Source: Candidatus Binatia bacterium (GTDB lineage Bacteria > Desulfobacterota > Binatia > HRBIN30). From it: a stretch of 62,393 nt of DNA. The stretch spans positions 1 to 62,393 of the forward strand of contig JBHHYR010000002.1 in assembly GCA_046757585.1 (NCBI GenBank), read 5' to 3'. Below, piece by piece: positions 18,620-28,591 of the stretch. Positions within the stretch are counted from its first letter, which is position 1; the number at the start of each line of letters is the position of its first letter. The position numbers and the translations under genes were made by a program. The notes under the pieces were generated by a model. That model made no database searches. It was given only the letters and a program-made list of their open reading frames with translations, and had not been told where the DNA came from.

Positions 18620-19242
18620 CGCTTGCCTCCCTTTTGCTTCTCCTTCTGCTTCGCGATCCGTTCGCGCTCCGCCTTGTCGAGAAACCGAAAAGTAACGGCG
18701 ATACACGAAGTATCCAGTTGCAGGGTATTCCCCGCGAGCTTGGATGGGCTCTTGATCGCGACATCGGTGACGTTGACGATACGCGCCATCCGCCCCACCT
18801 TGTCAAAGAAGCTTGCGACCTGGTGATAGGTGCCCCGCACGAGGATATCGACCGGCACCTCGGCGTAGAAATCTTCGTATTGCTCCGTACGCTGCTTGAA
18901 CTTGAGGATCTCCAAACCCGCCTCGCGCCCGAGCGAGGAGATGTTGCTCAGGAGATCGGGGATCTCCTTCGTGTCCGGCAGCTGCGCAACCGCCATACGC
19001 AGATTGGCATCAAGCTCAAGCACCTCCCGACGTGTCCGATCCAAGTTCGACACCAGTGCGGCCTTACGATCGTGGTCGAGCTGCAGCTGGCTTCGTCGCC
19101 CTTCCTTGAGGGTAATCTCAGCGCCGCGTGGCCAATACAGGAAGTAGGCGTAGAGGAAGAAGACAAAGGCGACGCCTCCGACCAACACGAGAACGCGCTG
19201 GCGCAGCGGCAATTCGAAGAGACGCTCGAGCAGGGCGTTCAT
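18616..19242 (-). CDS. pilO: type IV pilus assembly protein PilO
   Basis: N-terminal TM segment (VLVLVGGVAFVFFLYAYFLYW), then a coiled coil, then a ferredoxin-like C-terminus (YEDFYAEVPVDILVRGTYHQVASFFDKV), typical of PilO. Confidence 0.85.
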   Translation of the reverse strand: MNALLERLFELPLRQRVLVLVGGVAFVFFLYAYFLYWPRGAEITLKEGRRSQLQLDHDRKAALVSNLDRTRREVLELDANLRMAVAQLPDTKEIPDLLSNISSLGREAGLEILKFKQRTEQYEDFYAEVPVDILVRGTYHQVASFFDKVGRMARIVNVTDVAIKSPSKLAGNTLQLDTSCIAVTFRFLDKAERERIAKQKEKQKGGKR

Positions 19243-19251
19243 GCCGTCCTC

Positions 19252-19881
19252 TCATGCACTGCCGCGGCCCGGCGCACCAGGGTCCTGGGCCGGCTGTTGC
19301 TTGTCCCCACCTCTGCCGAGGTAGTCGAGGGTGGCCTTGATAATGAACTTCTTGAACAGTGGTCCGGGCCCGCTGCGCAGCCTGCCGCGGCCCGGCTTGC
19401 TCTGGGACGTCTCGACGAGGTCCACAGCGTAGAAGTACTTGGAATTCTGCAGATGCCGCATGAAGGCTGCAATGGTCTGATTGTCCAGGGCCATACCAGT
19501 GATCGTGGCGGCTCCGCCCACCTCGCTGAAGTCGACCAGCCAGAGTTTATCCGGCGTAGCGGTGCTGAGATCCTCGAGGGTTCGCACCGGCCCCACGCGC
19601 TTCTGTTTCAAAACGTCAATGACCTTCAGCTTGGCTTTCAGCGCGGCGCGTTTCTCGTTGAGGTCACGCACCTCGTGCGCCTGCTGGTCGAGCTGTGCGA
19701 TCTCCTCGCTGAGCTCATTGATCTCCCGGTCCAAACGAGCCAACTTCCGCCCTTGGAGCACGTAGGGCACTACCATGACGAGCGCGGCGACAGTGAAGCC
19801 GAGAACGGCGACTGACAGCTGCTGGCGCCGGCCTAACGCGCGTTGGGCTTCGCGAATTGGCAGCAGATTGATACGGATCAT
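19252..19881 (-). CDS. pilN: type IV pilus assembly protein PilN
   Basis: Canonical PilN N-terminus MIRINLLPIRE followed by a TM helix and a coiled coil. Confidence 0.85.
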   Translation of the reverse strand: MIRINLLPIREAQRALGRRQQLSVAVLGFTVAALVMVVPYVLQGRKLARLDREINELSEEIAQLDQQAHEVRDLNEKRAALKAKLKVIDVLKQKRVGPVRTLEDLSTATPDKLWLVDFSEVGGAATITGMALDNQTIAAFMRHLQNSKYFYAVDLVETSQSKPGRGRLRSGPGPLFKKFIIKATLDYLGRGGDKQQPAQDPGAPGRGSA

Positions 19882-20996
19882 TTGTCGTCCGGGCGCCGGA
19901 TCGCGAGGCCCATAGCGACCGCGAATTCCGGTCCTTGTGCGCGCAGCTGCGGACTGTCAACCGCCGGATCAAGGGTAATGTGGCCAAATGGGTTGGCAAC
20001 CTCCACCGGCGCCTGCACCCGTTCACTGAGTTGCTGCACCAATCCGGGCATGCGTGCGACGCCACCACTCAAATACACCACGTCGATCGTTTCGTCGGTG
20101 GCTGCAGTCCAAAAGAAACTGAGGGCGTGATGAATTTCCTCGATCAGGGCTGCTGCGGCCGAGTTGCTCACCGCCGCTGCCTGCTCTGCATCGGTGCCCG
20201 CCGGTGCCGTGCCCGCCTTGAATGCTTCGGCATCCGCCGGGCGCATGTCGAGCTCGCGTACCAGGGCTTCACTAATGTCACGACCGCCGACCGGTACGTC
20301 ACCCGTGAACGTCGATCGGCCATCTTTCAGGATATTGATCGATGAGTACCGCGCACCAATGTTGACCAGGGCGATCACCCGGTCGGCCGCGGGCTCATAA
20401 TTCGCCTCGAACATGTTCTCTAGCGCAAAATAGTCCACGTCGACCACGACGGGTGCCAGCCCGGCGGCCCGGACCGTCTCGGCGTAGCTGGCCACAATGT
20501 CCTTTTTCGCGGCTGCGAGCAGGACCTCCATCCGCTTGCCGTCATCCAAGTAGTCGGTGATCTGATAATCGAGGTTCACGTTTTCCAGATCTTCCGGGAT
20601 GAAATTGCCGGCTTCAAACAAGATGGTATTCTCCAGTTCCCGGGCGCTCTGAGCGGGCAATGTGACGCGCTTGATAATGACTGCCGGACCGGGGACCGCG
20701 GTAATCACTTTGCGGGCACGCATGCCACGGCCTGCGGTCAATGCCCGGGTCGCCTCGGCTACGGCCGAGGTCTCGTTCACCATGTTGTTCTGAATCGCGG
20801 AGGCCGGTGTTGGTGCGGTACCCGCGTTGGTGACGTGCAGTTGCCCGGTGCGCCCCCGAATTTCTAGAATCTTTATGGTACTGGATCCGATGTCGACGCT
20901 GAGATACGACTCCTCGCGTCGCATCGGGTTCAACTCTGACAGTGACGCGGTGAAAAAATGGCCTGCCCGACTGGCCCAGCTGCCCCCTATGGCCAT
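19878..20996 (-). CDS. pilM: type IV pilus assembly ATPase-fold protein PilM
   Basis: Actin-like fold motifs (LSVDIGSSTIKILE; VVDVDYFALENMF; VYLSGGVARMPGL). The stop overlaps the pilN start (ATGA). The start could instead be the ATG at 20924. Confidence 0.9.
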   Translation of the reverse strand: MAIGGSWASRAGHFFTASLSELNPMRREESYLSVDIGSSTIKILEIRGRTGQLHVTNAGTAPTPASAIQNNMVNETSAVAEATRALTAGRGMRARKVITAVPGPAVIIKRVTLPAQSARELENTILFEAGNFIPEDLENVNLDYQITDYLDDGKRMEVLLAAAKKDIVASYAETVRAAGLAPVVVDVDYFALENMFEANYEPAADRVIALVNIGARYSSINILKDGRSTFTGDVPVGGRDISEALVRELDMRPADAEAFKAGTAPAGTDAEQAAAVSNSAAAALIEEIHHALSFFWTAATDETIDVVYLSGGVARMPGLVQQLSERVQAPVEVANPFGHITLDPAVDSPQLRAQGPEFAVAMGLAIRRPDDK

Positions 20997-21072
20997 TTAT
21001 GACCGCCCTTCCGCATCCTCATCCCCTTCGAACCCCCCTTCCACCGCACTGGGTTCCTCACCGTCCGGCCTG

Positions 21073-21101
21073 AGTATGATGTCCTCGGCGTATGATGTCA
21101 A
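21073..21101 (-). promoter_or_regulatory. candidate sigma-70-type promoter for the pilM operon (TTGACA-17 nt-CATACT on the minus strand)
   Basis: Perfect -35 hexamer, 17-nt spacer, and a -10 element matching 4 of 6 positions. It lies 77 nt upstream of the 20996 start and is embedded in a 10-bp direct repeat. Confidence 0.35.
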
Positions 21102-21294
21102 CAACGACTCCGAATCGGCACGCGGCATCCCGTACGATGTTCTCGATGTGCGTTGCAGCCGCGCAGCGAATTCTAGGCCATCGGGCGCGGCTCGCTAACT
21201 CCGCTGCTCACTCGCCGCCGCCAGAGCCTGCGGTGACAAAGTTGTGCCGTCGGCCCTTTTCGTACAGCAAGACGTCCCAGGGGCAGCGCGCGTG

Positions 21295-21957
21295 TCAGTT
21301 GCAAGCATGCCGCGCGCGAGCGGGGCACCGCTCAACGTCCCGGCTTTGCCTGCGGTGAAACCCGCTGGCCACAGCATAGACCTCGGCGGATTCTTTGCGC
21401 GTTGCTTGTGGTCTGGTGAGTCGCACGTCGTCAAAGAGTGTACGCAACGGTTCGAGGGTGCCCGGCAAGTCAGGGCTCGTGAACAGTTTGACGACGAGTT
21501 TGCCACCTGGTCTCAAGATGCCACTCGCGAACCGCAGGACGCACCTGACCAGTGCTTGCGCCAATGCTTCATCACGTGCCCGGATACCCGTCAGCTTGGG
21601 TGCGAGATCGGACAGCACAAGATCAGCCTTGCCCGCGCATGCCGCAGCAACCCGTGCTTGAGTGTCGGGGTCGGTGATGTCGCCAGTAATCGTTGTGACG
21701 TTGCGTTCCCCTAATGGAGCGATCGGTCGCAGGTCGACACCAATGACTTTTCCGCTCCGGCCGACCTGTTGCGCTGCCACCTGCAGCCATCCGCCCGGCC
21801 AGGCGCCCAGATCGACCACCCGGGCGCCTCGGTGAAAGAGGCGACCGCCTTCGGCGAGCTGCAAGAGCTTGAACGCGGCCCGCGAGCGGTAGCCCGCCGC
21901 CTTTGCACGCGTATAGAAGACGTCCTTGCGTCGGTACACTGTGACCAACGCTACCAC
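21295..21957 (-). CDS. rlmE: 23S rRNA (uridine-2'-O)-methyltransferase RlmE/FtsJ
   Basis: YRSRAAFKLLQL, VVDLGAWPGGWLQVA, DLVLSDLAPKLTG and VVKLF are the FtsJ-family signature blocks. Confidence 0.9.
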   Translation of the reverse strand: MVALVTVYRRKDVFYTRAKAAGYRSRAAFKLLQLAEGGRLFHRGARVVDLGAWPGGWLQVAAQQVGRSGKVIGVDLRPIAPLGERNVTTITGDITDPDTQARVAAACAGKADLVLSDLAPKLTGIRARDEALAQALVRCVLRFASGILRPGGKLVVKLFTSPDLPGTLEPLRTLFDDVRLTRPQATRKESAEVYAVASGFHRRQSRDVERCPARARHACN

Positions 21958-22031
21958 TCAGCTCCTACCTCATCAAATCGGCCCACCATATCTTCACTTC
22001 GGACGTAGTGGCCGCTACAGTGGGCCCACTC

Positions 22032-24236
22032 ATGATGAATGTGGATGCCGCTCACTTGAACCCACAGCAGCGTGCTGCAGTCTTGTACACCGACGGGCCA
22101 CTACTCGTCCTCGCTGGCGCGGGGAGTGGCAAGACACGGGTGCTGACGCATCGCATTGCCCATTTGGTCCTCGAACACGGTGTCAAGCCAGACCAGATTT
22201 GTGCCGTGACCTTTACCAACAGGGCCGCGCGCGAGATGCGCGAGCGCACGGCTCGGCTGTTCGAGACCGGCGGGCGGGTGTGCCTCACGACTTTTCACTC
22301 TTTCTGTGCCCGCGTCCTGCGCCGGCATGCGGAGCGCATCGGCCGCCAAAATGACTTTGTGATTTACGATGATCACGATCAGCGAACTCTGATACGGCAG
22401 ATCGCGGCGGCGCTGCAGCTCGCCGAAGACGCTTACCCTCCGGCTCGGCTGCTGGCGGCTCTTGATCGGGCCAAGAATGAAAGTCGCCTGCCAGAAGATC
22501 TGTCGGCCGCCGCCGCCGATTCTGTGTCCCGTACGATCGCGGAGGTGTACGCTCGCTACCAGGCCGCACTAACTGCGAACAACGCCTTTGATTTCGGCGA
22601 CCTCTTGCTTGCCGCAGTGGATCTTTTTCAGCGCCACCCTACGGTCCTCGCCACGTACCAGAACCAGGTTCGCTACCTGATGGTGGACGAGTATCAGGAT
22701 ACCAACCGCGCCCAGTACGAGCTCGTCCGGATGCTCGCGGCGGTGCATCGCAACGTCTGCGTGGTAGGGGACGAGGACCAGAGCATCTACCACTGGCGCG
22801 GGGCGGATCTGCGCAATATCCTGGATTTCGAAAAGGATTTTCCTGACGCGCGCGTGCTGCGGCTCGAGCAGAACTATCGTTCCACTAAGACCATCCTGGC
22901 AGCGGCAGGAGGGGTGATCCAGCACAACTCTCTACGCAAGGGCAAGATGCTGTGGACCGCGAACGACGCCGGGAAGCCGATTATCGGCCACGCTGCGATC
23001 GACGAACGTGCGGAAGCCCGATACGTCGTAGAACGCCTCAAAGGGCTCATCGCGAGCGGCTCGGCCGCAGGGGACATCGCGGTCTTCTACCGAACCAACG
23101 CGCAGTCGCGCGCGCTGGAGGAAGAGCTCGTGCGGGCAGGCGTGGGGTATAGCATCGTCGGGTCGACGCGCTTCTACGATCGTAAAGAGGTCAGAGACCT
23201 CTTGGCCTACCTGCGCGTGATTGCCAATCCCCAAGACAGTGTGAGTCTGCTCCGTATCATCAACGTACCACCGCGCGGAATCGGGCAGACCACCCTGGCT
23301 GTCGTCGAGCGGACCGCAGCCGAACGTGATTTGCCGCTGGCGCGCGTCGTTGCTGCCGCGGAACGCCTCGATCTGACCCCCGCAGCCCGCGCACGCCTGG
23401 CAGACTTTGATCACCTGTGGACGCGGCTGCGTGCCGTTCCCGTGGGATCGGTCGCGGCAGTTGTGCGCGCGGTTCTCGCCGAGACTGGTTACCGGGAGCG
23501 GCTGCTGGCGTCAGGGACGCCGGAAGCGGATGCACGGGTCGAAAACATCGATGAGCTACTGGCCGTGAGCGAAGAGTTTGACGCCACTACAGACGACCCG
23601 TCACTAGCGACCTTCCTCGAGCAGGTGGCGCTGGTTGCCGAAGTGGATACGTACGCTGCCAGCCGGGATCGTGTGACGTTGATGACCCTCCATAACTCCA
23701 AGGGCCTGGAGTTCCCGGTTGTGTTCATCACCGGCTTGGAGGACGGACTCTTCCCGCATGAGCGGTCTCTCAATCATGCGCACTCGCTCGAGGAAGAGCG
23801 GCGCCTCTGTTACGTGGGCTTTACGCGCGCGCGCGAGCGCCTGTACCTCGTCTATGCGCTGCATCGTCACCTCTTCGGGCGGCCGCAGCAACGTCCCCCC
23901 TCCCGCTTTCTCGCCGAGATCCCCGAGGCGCTCCTGCGATGGGAGCGAGACGAGCGATCGGAGCAGTCGGAGGGCGAAACCATCGATTATTCATACTCCC
24001 AGCTGCCAGCGGGGGCGTGCGCCTCAACCCCTGCTCCCGGGCGCCCGGTGTCGATCACCGGGAACGGCGACTTCCGCGTCGGCGGACGCGTCCGCCATCC
24101 CGTGTTCGGCATGGGAGTGGTCCGTGCCGTGGATGGCAGCGGCCAGCGCACGAAACTGACGGTTCGCTTCGACCGTGCGGGGCTGAAGAAGCTGGTTGCC
24201 CGCTACGCGTCGCTCGAACCGCTCGATCACCGGTAA
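22032..24236 (+). CDS. pcrA: ATP-dependent DNA helicase, UvrD/PcrA family
   Basis: SF1 helicase motifs: LNPQQRAAV, AGAGSGKT, TFHSFC, VDEYQDTN, VVGDEDQSIY, TLHNSKGLEF, YVGFTRAR. Start chosen at ATG 22032; a GTG at 22008 is also possible. Confidence 0.9.
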   Translation: MMNVDAAHLNPQQRAAVLYTDGPLLVLAGAGSGKTRVLTHRIAHLVLEHGVKPDQICAVTFTNRAAREMRERTARLFETGGRVCLTTFHSFCARVLRRHAERIGRQNDFVIYDDHDQRTLIRQIAAALQLAEDAYPPARLLAALDRAKNESRLPEDLSAAAADSVSRTIAEVYARYQAALTANNAFDFGDLLLAAVDLFQRHPTVLATYQNQVRYLMVDEYQDTNRAQYELVRMLAAVHRNVCVVGDEDQSIYHWRGADLRNILDFEKDFPDARVLRLEQNYRSTKTILAAAGGVIQHNSLRKGKMLWTANDAGKPIIGHAAIDERAEARYVVERLKGLIASGSAAGDIAVFYRTNAQSRALEEELVRAGVGYSIVGSTRFYDRKEVRDLLAYLRVIANPQDSVSLLRIINVPPRGIGQTTLAVVERTAAERDLPLARVVAAAERLDLTPAARARLADFDHLWTRLRAVPVGSVAAVVRAVLAETGYRERLLASGTPEADARVENIDELLAVSEEFDATTDDPSLATFLEQVALVAEVDTYAASRDRVTLMTLHNSKGLEFPVVFITGLEDGLFPHERSLNHAHSLEEERRLCYVGFTRARERLYLVYALHRHLFGRPQQRPPSRFLAEIPEALLRWERDERSEQSEGETIDYSYSQLPAGACASTPAPGRPVSITGNGDFRVGGRVRHPVFGMGVVRAVDGSGQRTKLTVRFDRAGLKKLVARYASLEPLDHR

Positions 24237-24478
24237 CCGCCGATGTCCTCGTGCGGCCGATGCCCGAAAAACTTCTCGAGAGACGGCCGTGACACCAGGT
24301 AGTGCAAGGGCCTGAAAATCAGCCACTCTGCGGTGTATCCGATCGGATTCAGCAGATACGCCGCTACCCGCAAGGGGTGTGACTGCGTATCATCATACTC
24401 GTCGGACACTGCCGCAGCCGGACCTGCGGCACACGCTAGGGTCACGGCAAGCAATGCAGCGGCGATGAATCGCTTCAT
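24227..24478 (-). CDS. hypothetical small secreted protein or lipoprotein (83 aa)
   Basis: N-terminal signal peptide MKRFIAAALLAVTLACAAGPAAA. The 3' end overlaps the convergent pcrA stop by 10 nt. Confidence 0.5.
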   Translation of the reverse strand: MKRFIAAALLAVTLACAAGPAAAVSDEYDDTQSHPLRVAAYLLNPIGYTAEWLIFRPLHYLVSRPSLEKFFGHRPHEDIGGYR

Positions 24479-24526
24479 GTGGGCCTCCTCTGCTTCTTCA
24501 TAGTAGAGCGCCGCCGCTCCACTGAG

Positions 24527-25306
24527 TCAACGGAGCCAGCCGATGAAACTCAGCTGGCGGCCGGTCGTGACCTGCGCCGCCCGATACGAGAAATAGTCCG
24601 TTGCCGCACACTTCGTGCAGGGCCCAACGCTGACAATGTTGGCCGTTCGGACACCGAGGTGTGCTAGGACTATCGCGGTGGCACGGCGGAGGTCTACACG
24701 GGCTCCGGGGCCCTGATCCCTGCGGATCGCCTCGGGCATCCTCCCCCAGCGCCGTTCGAGCGCGTCCGCAAGGTCGGAGCCGACTTCGTAACAACACTGT
24801 CCGATCGCAGGGCCCAAAGCCACGTGGAGAGCAGCTGGCTCGATCCGAAAGGTCCTCTCAAGGTGTCGTACGACGCGCTCTGCAATGCCCGCTACAGTTC
24901 CGCGCCAGCCGGCGTGCACGGCGGCGACGACTCGTTGCTGCGGGGCGACTAACAGGATGGGGACACAGTCGGCCGTGAGCACACTGAGCCCGACGCCGGC
25001 GGTGTTGCTCACCAGCGCGTCGCCCGTTTCCGTTTCTGCTCCTGGCATGTCCACCGTGACCACGGCGGTACCATGAACCTGGCGGCTGGTTGCAAACTGG
25101 AAGTCGCCTTGGAACGCGCCAGCCATGCGCCGCCAGTTTTCCTGCACTGCCTGTGGATCATCACCGACACGACGTGAGAGGTTCAGCTCCACGAAGGGGC
25201 CGCCGCTGACGCCCCCGCGGCGTCCGTAAAAGCCGTGCACGAGGTTGGGGATTGCTTGCCACCCAGGTACGCACAGCGCCGGCACTCGTTGCACACAACC
25301 CGTCAC
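24527..25306 (-). CDS. pgeF: YfiH/PgeF-family (DUF152, laccase-domain) protein
   Basis: Family pattern: HGFYGRRGGVS, QVHGTAVV, DALVS, LSVLTADCVPILL, AAVHAGWRGT, GPAIGQCCYEVG, FSYR. Confidence 0.85.
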   Translation of the reverse strand: MTGCVQRVPALCVPGWQAIPNLVHGFYGRRGGVSGGPFVELNLSRRVGDDPQAVQENWRRMAGAFQGDFQFATSRQVHGTAVVTVDMPGAETETGDALVSNTAGVGLSVLTADCVPILLVAPQQRVVAAVHAGWRGTVAGIAERVVRHLERTFRIEPAALHVALGPAIGQCCYEVGSDLADALERRWGRMPEAIRRDQGPGARVDLRRATAIVLAHLGVRTANIVSVGPCTKCAATDYFSYRAAQVTTGRQLSFIGWLR

Positions 25307-25311
25307 GACCG

Positions 25312-26787
25312 TCAGGCTCGCTCCGAGCAGCAGAGCTTGACCATTTCCCGCAGATTCGCCGAGCTTGCCTGTTCGAGGTGCAAGATCATGTCAATGGCCC
25401 GCTCCATCTTTTCCTTGCGAAGGGTATAACGGGTCTCGCGCCGAAACTTGTCTTCCACGCACTTGCGGCGCTCGTCAAAGGGACGCCCGGCTCCCCCCAG
25501 TGGGACCTCCTGTGCCGCCTCGAAGGCGCGTCCGTCTTCCATTTCAATGCGCACCTTGGCGCCGAACGACATCTTGAAGCCCGTCAGATCGAGGTTCGCC
25601 AGGTCGAGTTGGAAATGGTTGCCATTTTCATCTGAGCGGGGCTTGACCAGAGAGCGCTCGCGCATCCGCTGGGCCATTCCTTCGTCGAGCGTGAGGTGGA
25701 CGCGGCGCGCGAGCGCCCACGTCGCCTGGTCACGAATCCGCTCGCGGGTAAACCGACGTGCCGTCAGGTCCCGGTCGATCAGGGCGGTGGCAACGTTGTA
25801 GCCGACCGTGAAGTTGAGCGTCACCGGCAAGCTCTCAGGTCCCTTGAGGTGTGGAGTCGCCAGCGCTTCCATGCCGACGGTAAGTGGTCCGGCTGCGATG
25901 TGAACGGCCTTGACCTTCTTCGCATCGATCGAGTGCTGCCGGGCCATCGCAACAACGCAGTCGATTGACGTATCGATGTACGCGCATCCGGGATAGATCT
26001 TGTAGCAGAGTGTGTCCGTCAGCCAGACCTTGCCGAAACCGTCGTAGGCGCCCATGAGTGGCTGGCGCGCGAACACACTCGTGAATCCCTCTGGACCGTC
26101 CATGATGCTGGGCAAGCCGTGCAAGCCGTTGGCCGCAAGTTGCGCAGCCTGAACGCCGAGGGGTGCGGTCATGGATGCGAGCAGCGTCTTCGCCTCCGAG
26201 CCAAAGAACCCTGCCTGCACGGGGTACGTGGGTTGCAGCAGCGAGATGCCCAGCGCCGACTGGATCTGTTGCTGGTCCAGACCCAAGAGTTTGGCGGTGA
26301 TCACTGCACTCCCCACCGAATGGATGAAGCTCCACAATTGACCGTTGAGGGTACCCAGCAGCACGGAAGCGCCGGCGCGGCCTTCGATTTCGTTGGCCAG
26401 GATTTGTGCCAGTAGAAAGTCCCTGCCGTTGACGCCAATCTTCTCGGCCAGTGCCAAAGTCACCAAAACGGCCGAGTGACCCGTGTGGCCTGCGAACAGA
26501 TAATCATCATAGTCGAGAGCCATGCTCAGGGCGGTGTTGGCAAATATCGCGTTGTACAACGACGTCCGCTCCGCTGAGGGGATCATCGTGGCTTCTTTGG
26601 TTCCCCCCCATTCCTTCACCGTGCGGCTCACGGTCCGCCCCGCATCCGAGAAATGCCCCGCATGCACGGCGGCGATAACACTGAGGAATTGATTCTTCGC
26701 CTCCTCGATCACGCGGCGGGGCAAATCTTCGAAGCGAGCCAGCGCGACCCACTCAGCGATACGCCCCGTGGTAGAGTCGGTACTCAT
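25312..26787 (-). CDS. MmgE/PrpD-family protein (2-methylcitrate dehydratase-like)
   Basis: N-terminal IAEWVALARFEDLP and overall length fit the family. Start moved to ATG 26787, which overlaps the upstream stop (ATGA). Confidence 0.8.
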   Translation of the reverse strand: MSTDSTTGRIAEWVALARFEDLPRRVIEEAKNQFLSVIAAVHAGHFSDAGRTVSRTVKEWGGTKEATMIPSAERTSLYNAIFANTALSMALDYDDYLFAGHTGHSAVLVTLALAEKIGVNGRDFLLAQILANEIEGRAGASVLLGTLNGQLWSFIHSVGSAVITAKLLGLDQQQIQSALGISLLQPTYPVQAGFFGSEAKTLLASMTAPLGVQAAQLAANGLHGLPSIMDGPEGFTSVFARQPLMGAYDGFGKVWLTDTLCYKIYPGCAYIDTSIDCVVAMARQHSIDAKKVKAVHIAAGPLTVGMEALATPHLKGPESLPVTLNFTVGYNVATALIDRDLTARRFTRERIRDQATWALARRVHLTLDEGMAQRMRERSLVKPRSDENGNHFQLDLANLDLTGFKMSFGAKVRIEMEDGRAFEAAQEVPLGGAGRPFDERRKCVEDKFRRETRYTLRKEKMERAIDMILHLEQASSANLREMVKLCCSERA

Positions 26788-27332
26788 CCGCGTCCTCCTG
26801 TTCTGCCCGCCGCCAGGCGGGGCAGCACTCGCTCGAGGCATGCTTTGATTTCATCCCGGCAGGCCGCGTATACGTGCTCGTCCTGGCCGACCGGGTCTTC
26901 GATGTCTCCGGAGCCACCGGCGAACGCCTTGAGGGTGAACACGCCCTTGTTGGTCACTTCGGGAAAAGCGTCACGCAGCATCCGCACCTGCTCGTCGGTC
27001 ATAGCCAAGATCAGGTCGGCCTCCGCAAGCAGATGACGGTTGTGTTTCAGATCCGTGGACACGGCATCCGACGGGATGTCGATGCCCTCCTCGCGCAAGA
27101 CGAGGCGTGCGTCCATGGACACCAGGGCACCGTCACGCGCGTAGGGGGCGATCCCCCCCGACGCGACGGTGTGACGATCCTGCAGGCCGCGTTGCACCAG
27201 CATCTTGTTCAGCAGCGCCTCGGCAATCACGCTGCGGCTGGTATTGGCATGGCAGATGAACAGGATTTTCCGGTACGCGAGCAACGCATGACATCCGCTA
27301 CCCGTGGTCGGTTGCCGGACACAGGCCTCCAA
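26784..27332 (-). CDS. low-molecular-weight protein phosphatase (LMW-PTP/arsenate-reductase fold)
   Basis: P-loop CX5R(S/T) in ILFICHANTSRSVIAE and general-acid DP in GDIEDPVG. The start is uncertain: TTG at 27332 or a downstream TTG. Confidence 0.75.
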   Translation of the reverse strand: MEACVRQPTTGSGCHALLAYRKILFICHANTSRSVIAEALLNKMLVQRGLQDRHTVASGGIAPYARDGALVSMDARLVLREEGIDIPSDAVSTDLKHNRHLLAEADLILAMTDEQVRMLRDAFPEVTNKGVFTLKAFAGGSGDIEDPVGQDEHVYAACRDEIKACLERVLPRLAAGRTGGRG

Positions 27333-27347
27333 CCGCGAGCGGTCCGC

Positions 27348-28289
27348 TTATCCTAAGCCGCCGGCAAACACGTCGGCAGTGGTTTCCTTGCGCGTGACGC
27401 CCTTGGCCAATTCAGCCTTCAGTTTGCTCCCGAGCGCTGCCGGCTCCCAGGTAGCATGCTGTTGCACCTTACCCACAGAGTGCCACCCTTGCATCAGCCA
27501 CACCGTCCCGCCACCCACACGGAAGACTTCGCCATGCACGTCCGCGGCACCATCGCTTGCCAGCCAAGCCACGAGCGGAGCGACGTTGCGGGGGCTGAAC
27601 ACGTCGAATTCCCCTTCCTTGACTTCTTGGCCCATGAGCCCTGCGGTGGACGGAGTTGCCTCGACGGTAAGGCGGGTGCGGGCAACGGGCGCGATGGCGT
27701 TGCAGGTGACCCCGTATTTCGCCATTTCCCGATCCACCGTGATGGCGAGCAGTGCCACGGCGGCTTTCGCGGCACCGTAGTTCGTCTGCCCAACGTTTCC
27801 CAGCAGGCCGGAGTCGGATGACGTGTTGATGATGCGGCCGTTGAGCACATTCCCCTTCTTGTGTTCTTCCCGCCAGTATTCGCAGGCATGCCGGCTGACG
27901 TTGAAGGTTCCCTTCAGGTGCACCGCAATCACTGCGTCCCAATCCTCTTCGCTCATGTTGAAAATCATCCGGTCGCGGAGGATGCCGGCGTTGTTGACCA
28001 CGATGTTCAGCGCCCCGAAGGTGTCGAGCGCACACTGGACAATGCGCTTCGCACCCTGGAAGTCAGAAACACTGTCCCCGTTGGCGACCGCTTCGCCGCC
28101 GCTCTTCTTAATTTCTTCGACCACTTCATGGGCTGGACTGGTGCTGGCCCCGGTGCCGTCGAAATGGGCTCCCAGGTCGTTGACAACGACCTTGCAGCCG
28201 TGTTGCGCCATCAACAACGCCTCTTCTCTTCCGATGCCGCGCCCCGACCCCGTGATCACGGCGACTTTTCCCTCCAGCAAACTTGCCAT
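27348..28289 (-). CDS. short-chain dehydrogenase/reductase (classical SDR)
   Basis: TGxxxGIG (ITGSGRGIGRE), NNAG, and the catalytic YxxxK (YGAAKAA). Confidence 0.85.
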   Translation of the reverse strand: MASLLEGKVAVITGSGRGIGREEALLMAQHGCKVVVNDLGAHFDGTGASTSPAHEVVEEIKKSGGEAVANGDSVSDFQGAKRIVQCALDTFGALNIVVNNAGILRDRMIFNMSEEDWDAVIAVHLKGTFNVSRHACEYWREEHKKGNVLNGRIINTSSDSGLLGNVGQTNYGAAKAAVALLAITVDREMAKYGVTCNAIAPVARTRLTVEATPSTAGLMGQEVKEGEFDVFSPRNVAPLVAWLASDGAADVHGEVFRVGGGTVWLMQGWHSVGKVQQHATWEPAALGSKLKAELAKGVTRKETTADVFAGGLG

Positions 28290-28591
28290 GACATCCTCCT
28301 TTCGGAATGAATCTCGCTGACTACGCTGCGTGGTTGTCTTGAAGCGCGTCAGGACAATCGCCGTGTATCTGCCTCGAAAGATCGCGGCTTGTCAAGATTG
28401 CACCACGTTGGCGCCGGATTGCCGAGCGCCGGCGTACCATCCCCTTTCCCGTTGTTCCGCACCAGCAGGTCGGTGCATCGCGGACGCTCGGCAGCGCAGC
28501 GCCAGAACGTGGCCAGCTTCGGGCGAGTGCCCAGCTGGCTGATCGCGCCCCGAGCGCGGCGACCGCCCAATAGTGGGTCGTGCGGGCTCAA

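Noticed and set aside
28409-28423. TGGCGCCGGATTGCC in the 300-nt gap upstream of the SDR gene, considered as a sigma-54 promoter
   Set aside because: The GG-to-GC spacing is one nucleotide short. It is also on the plus strand, pointing away from the only adjacent gene starts, which are on the minus strand.
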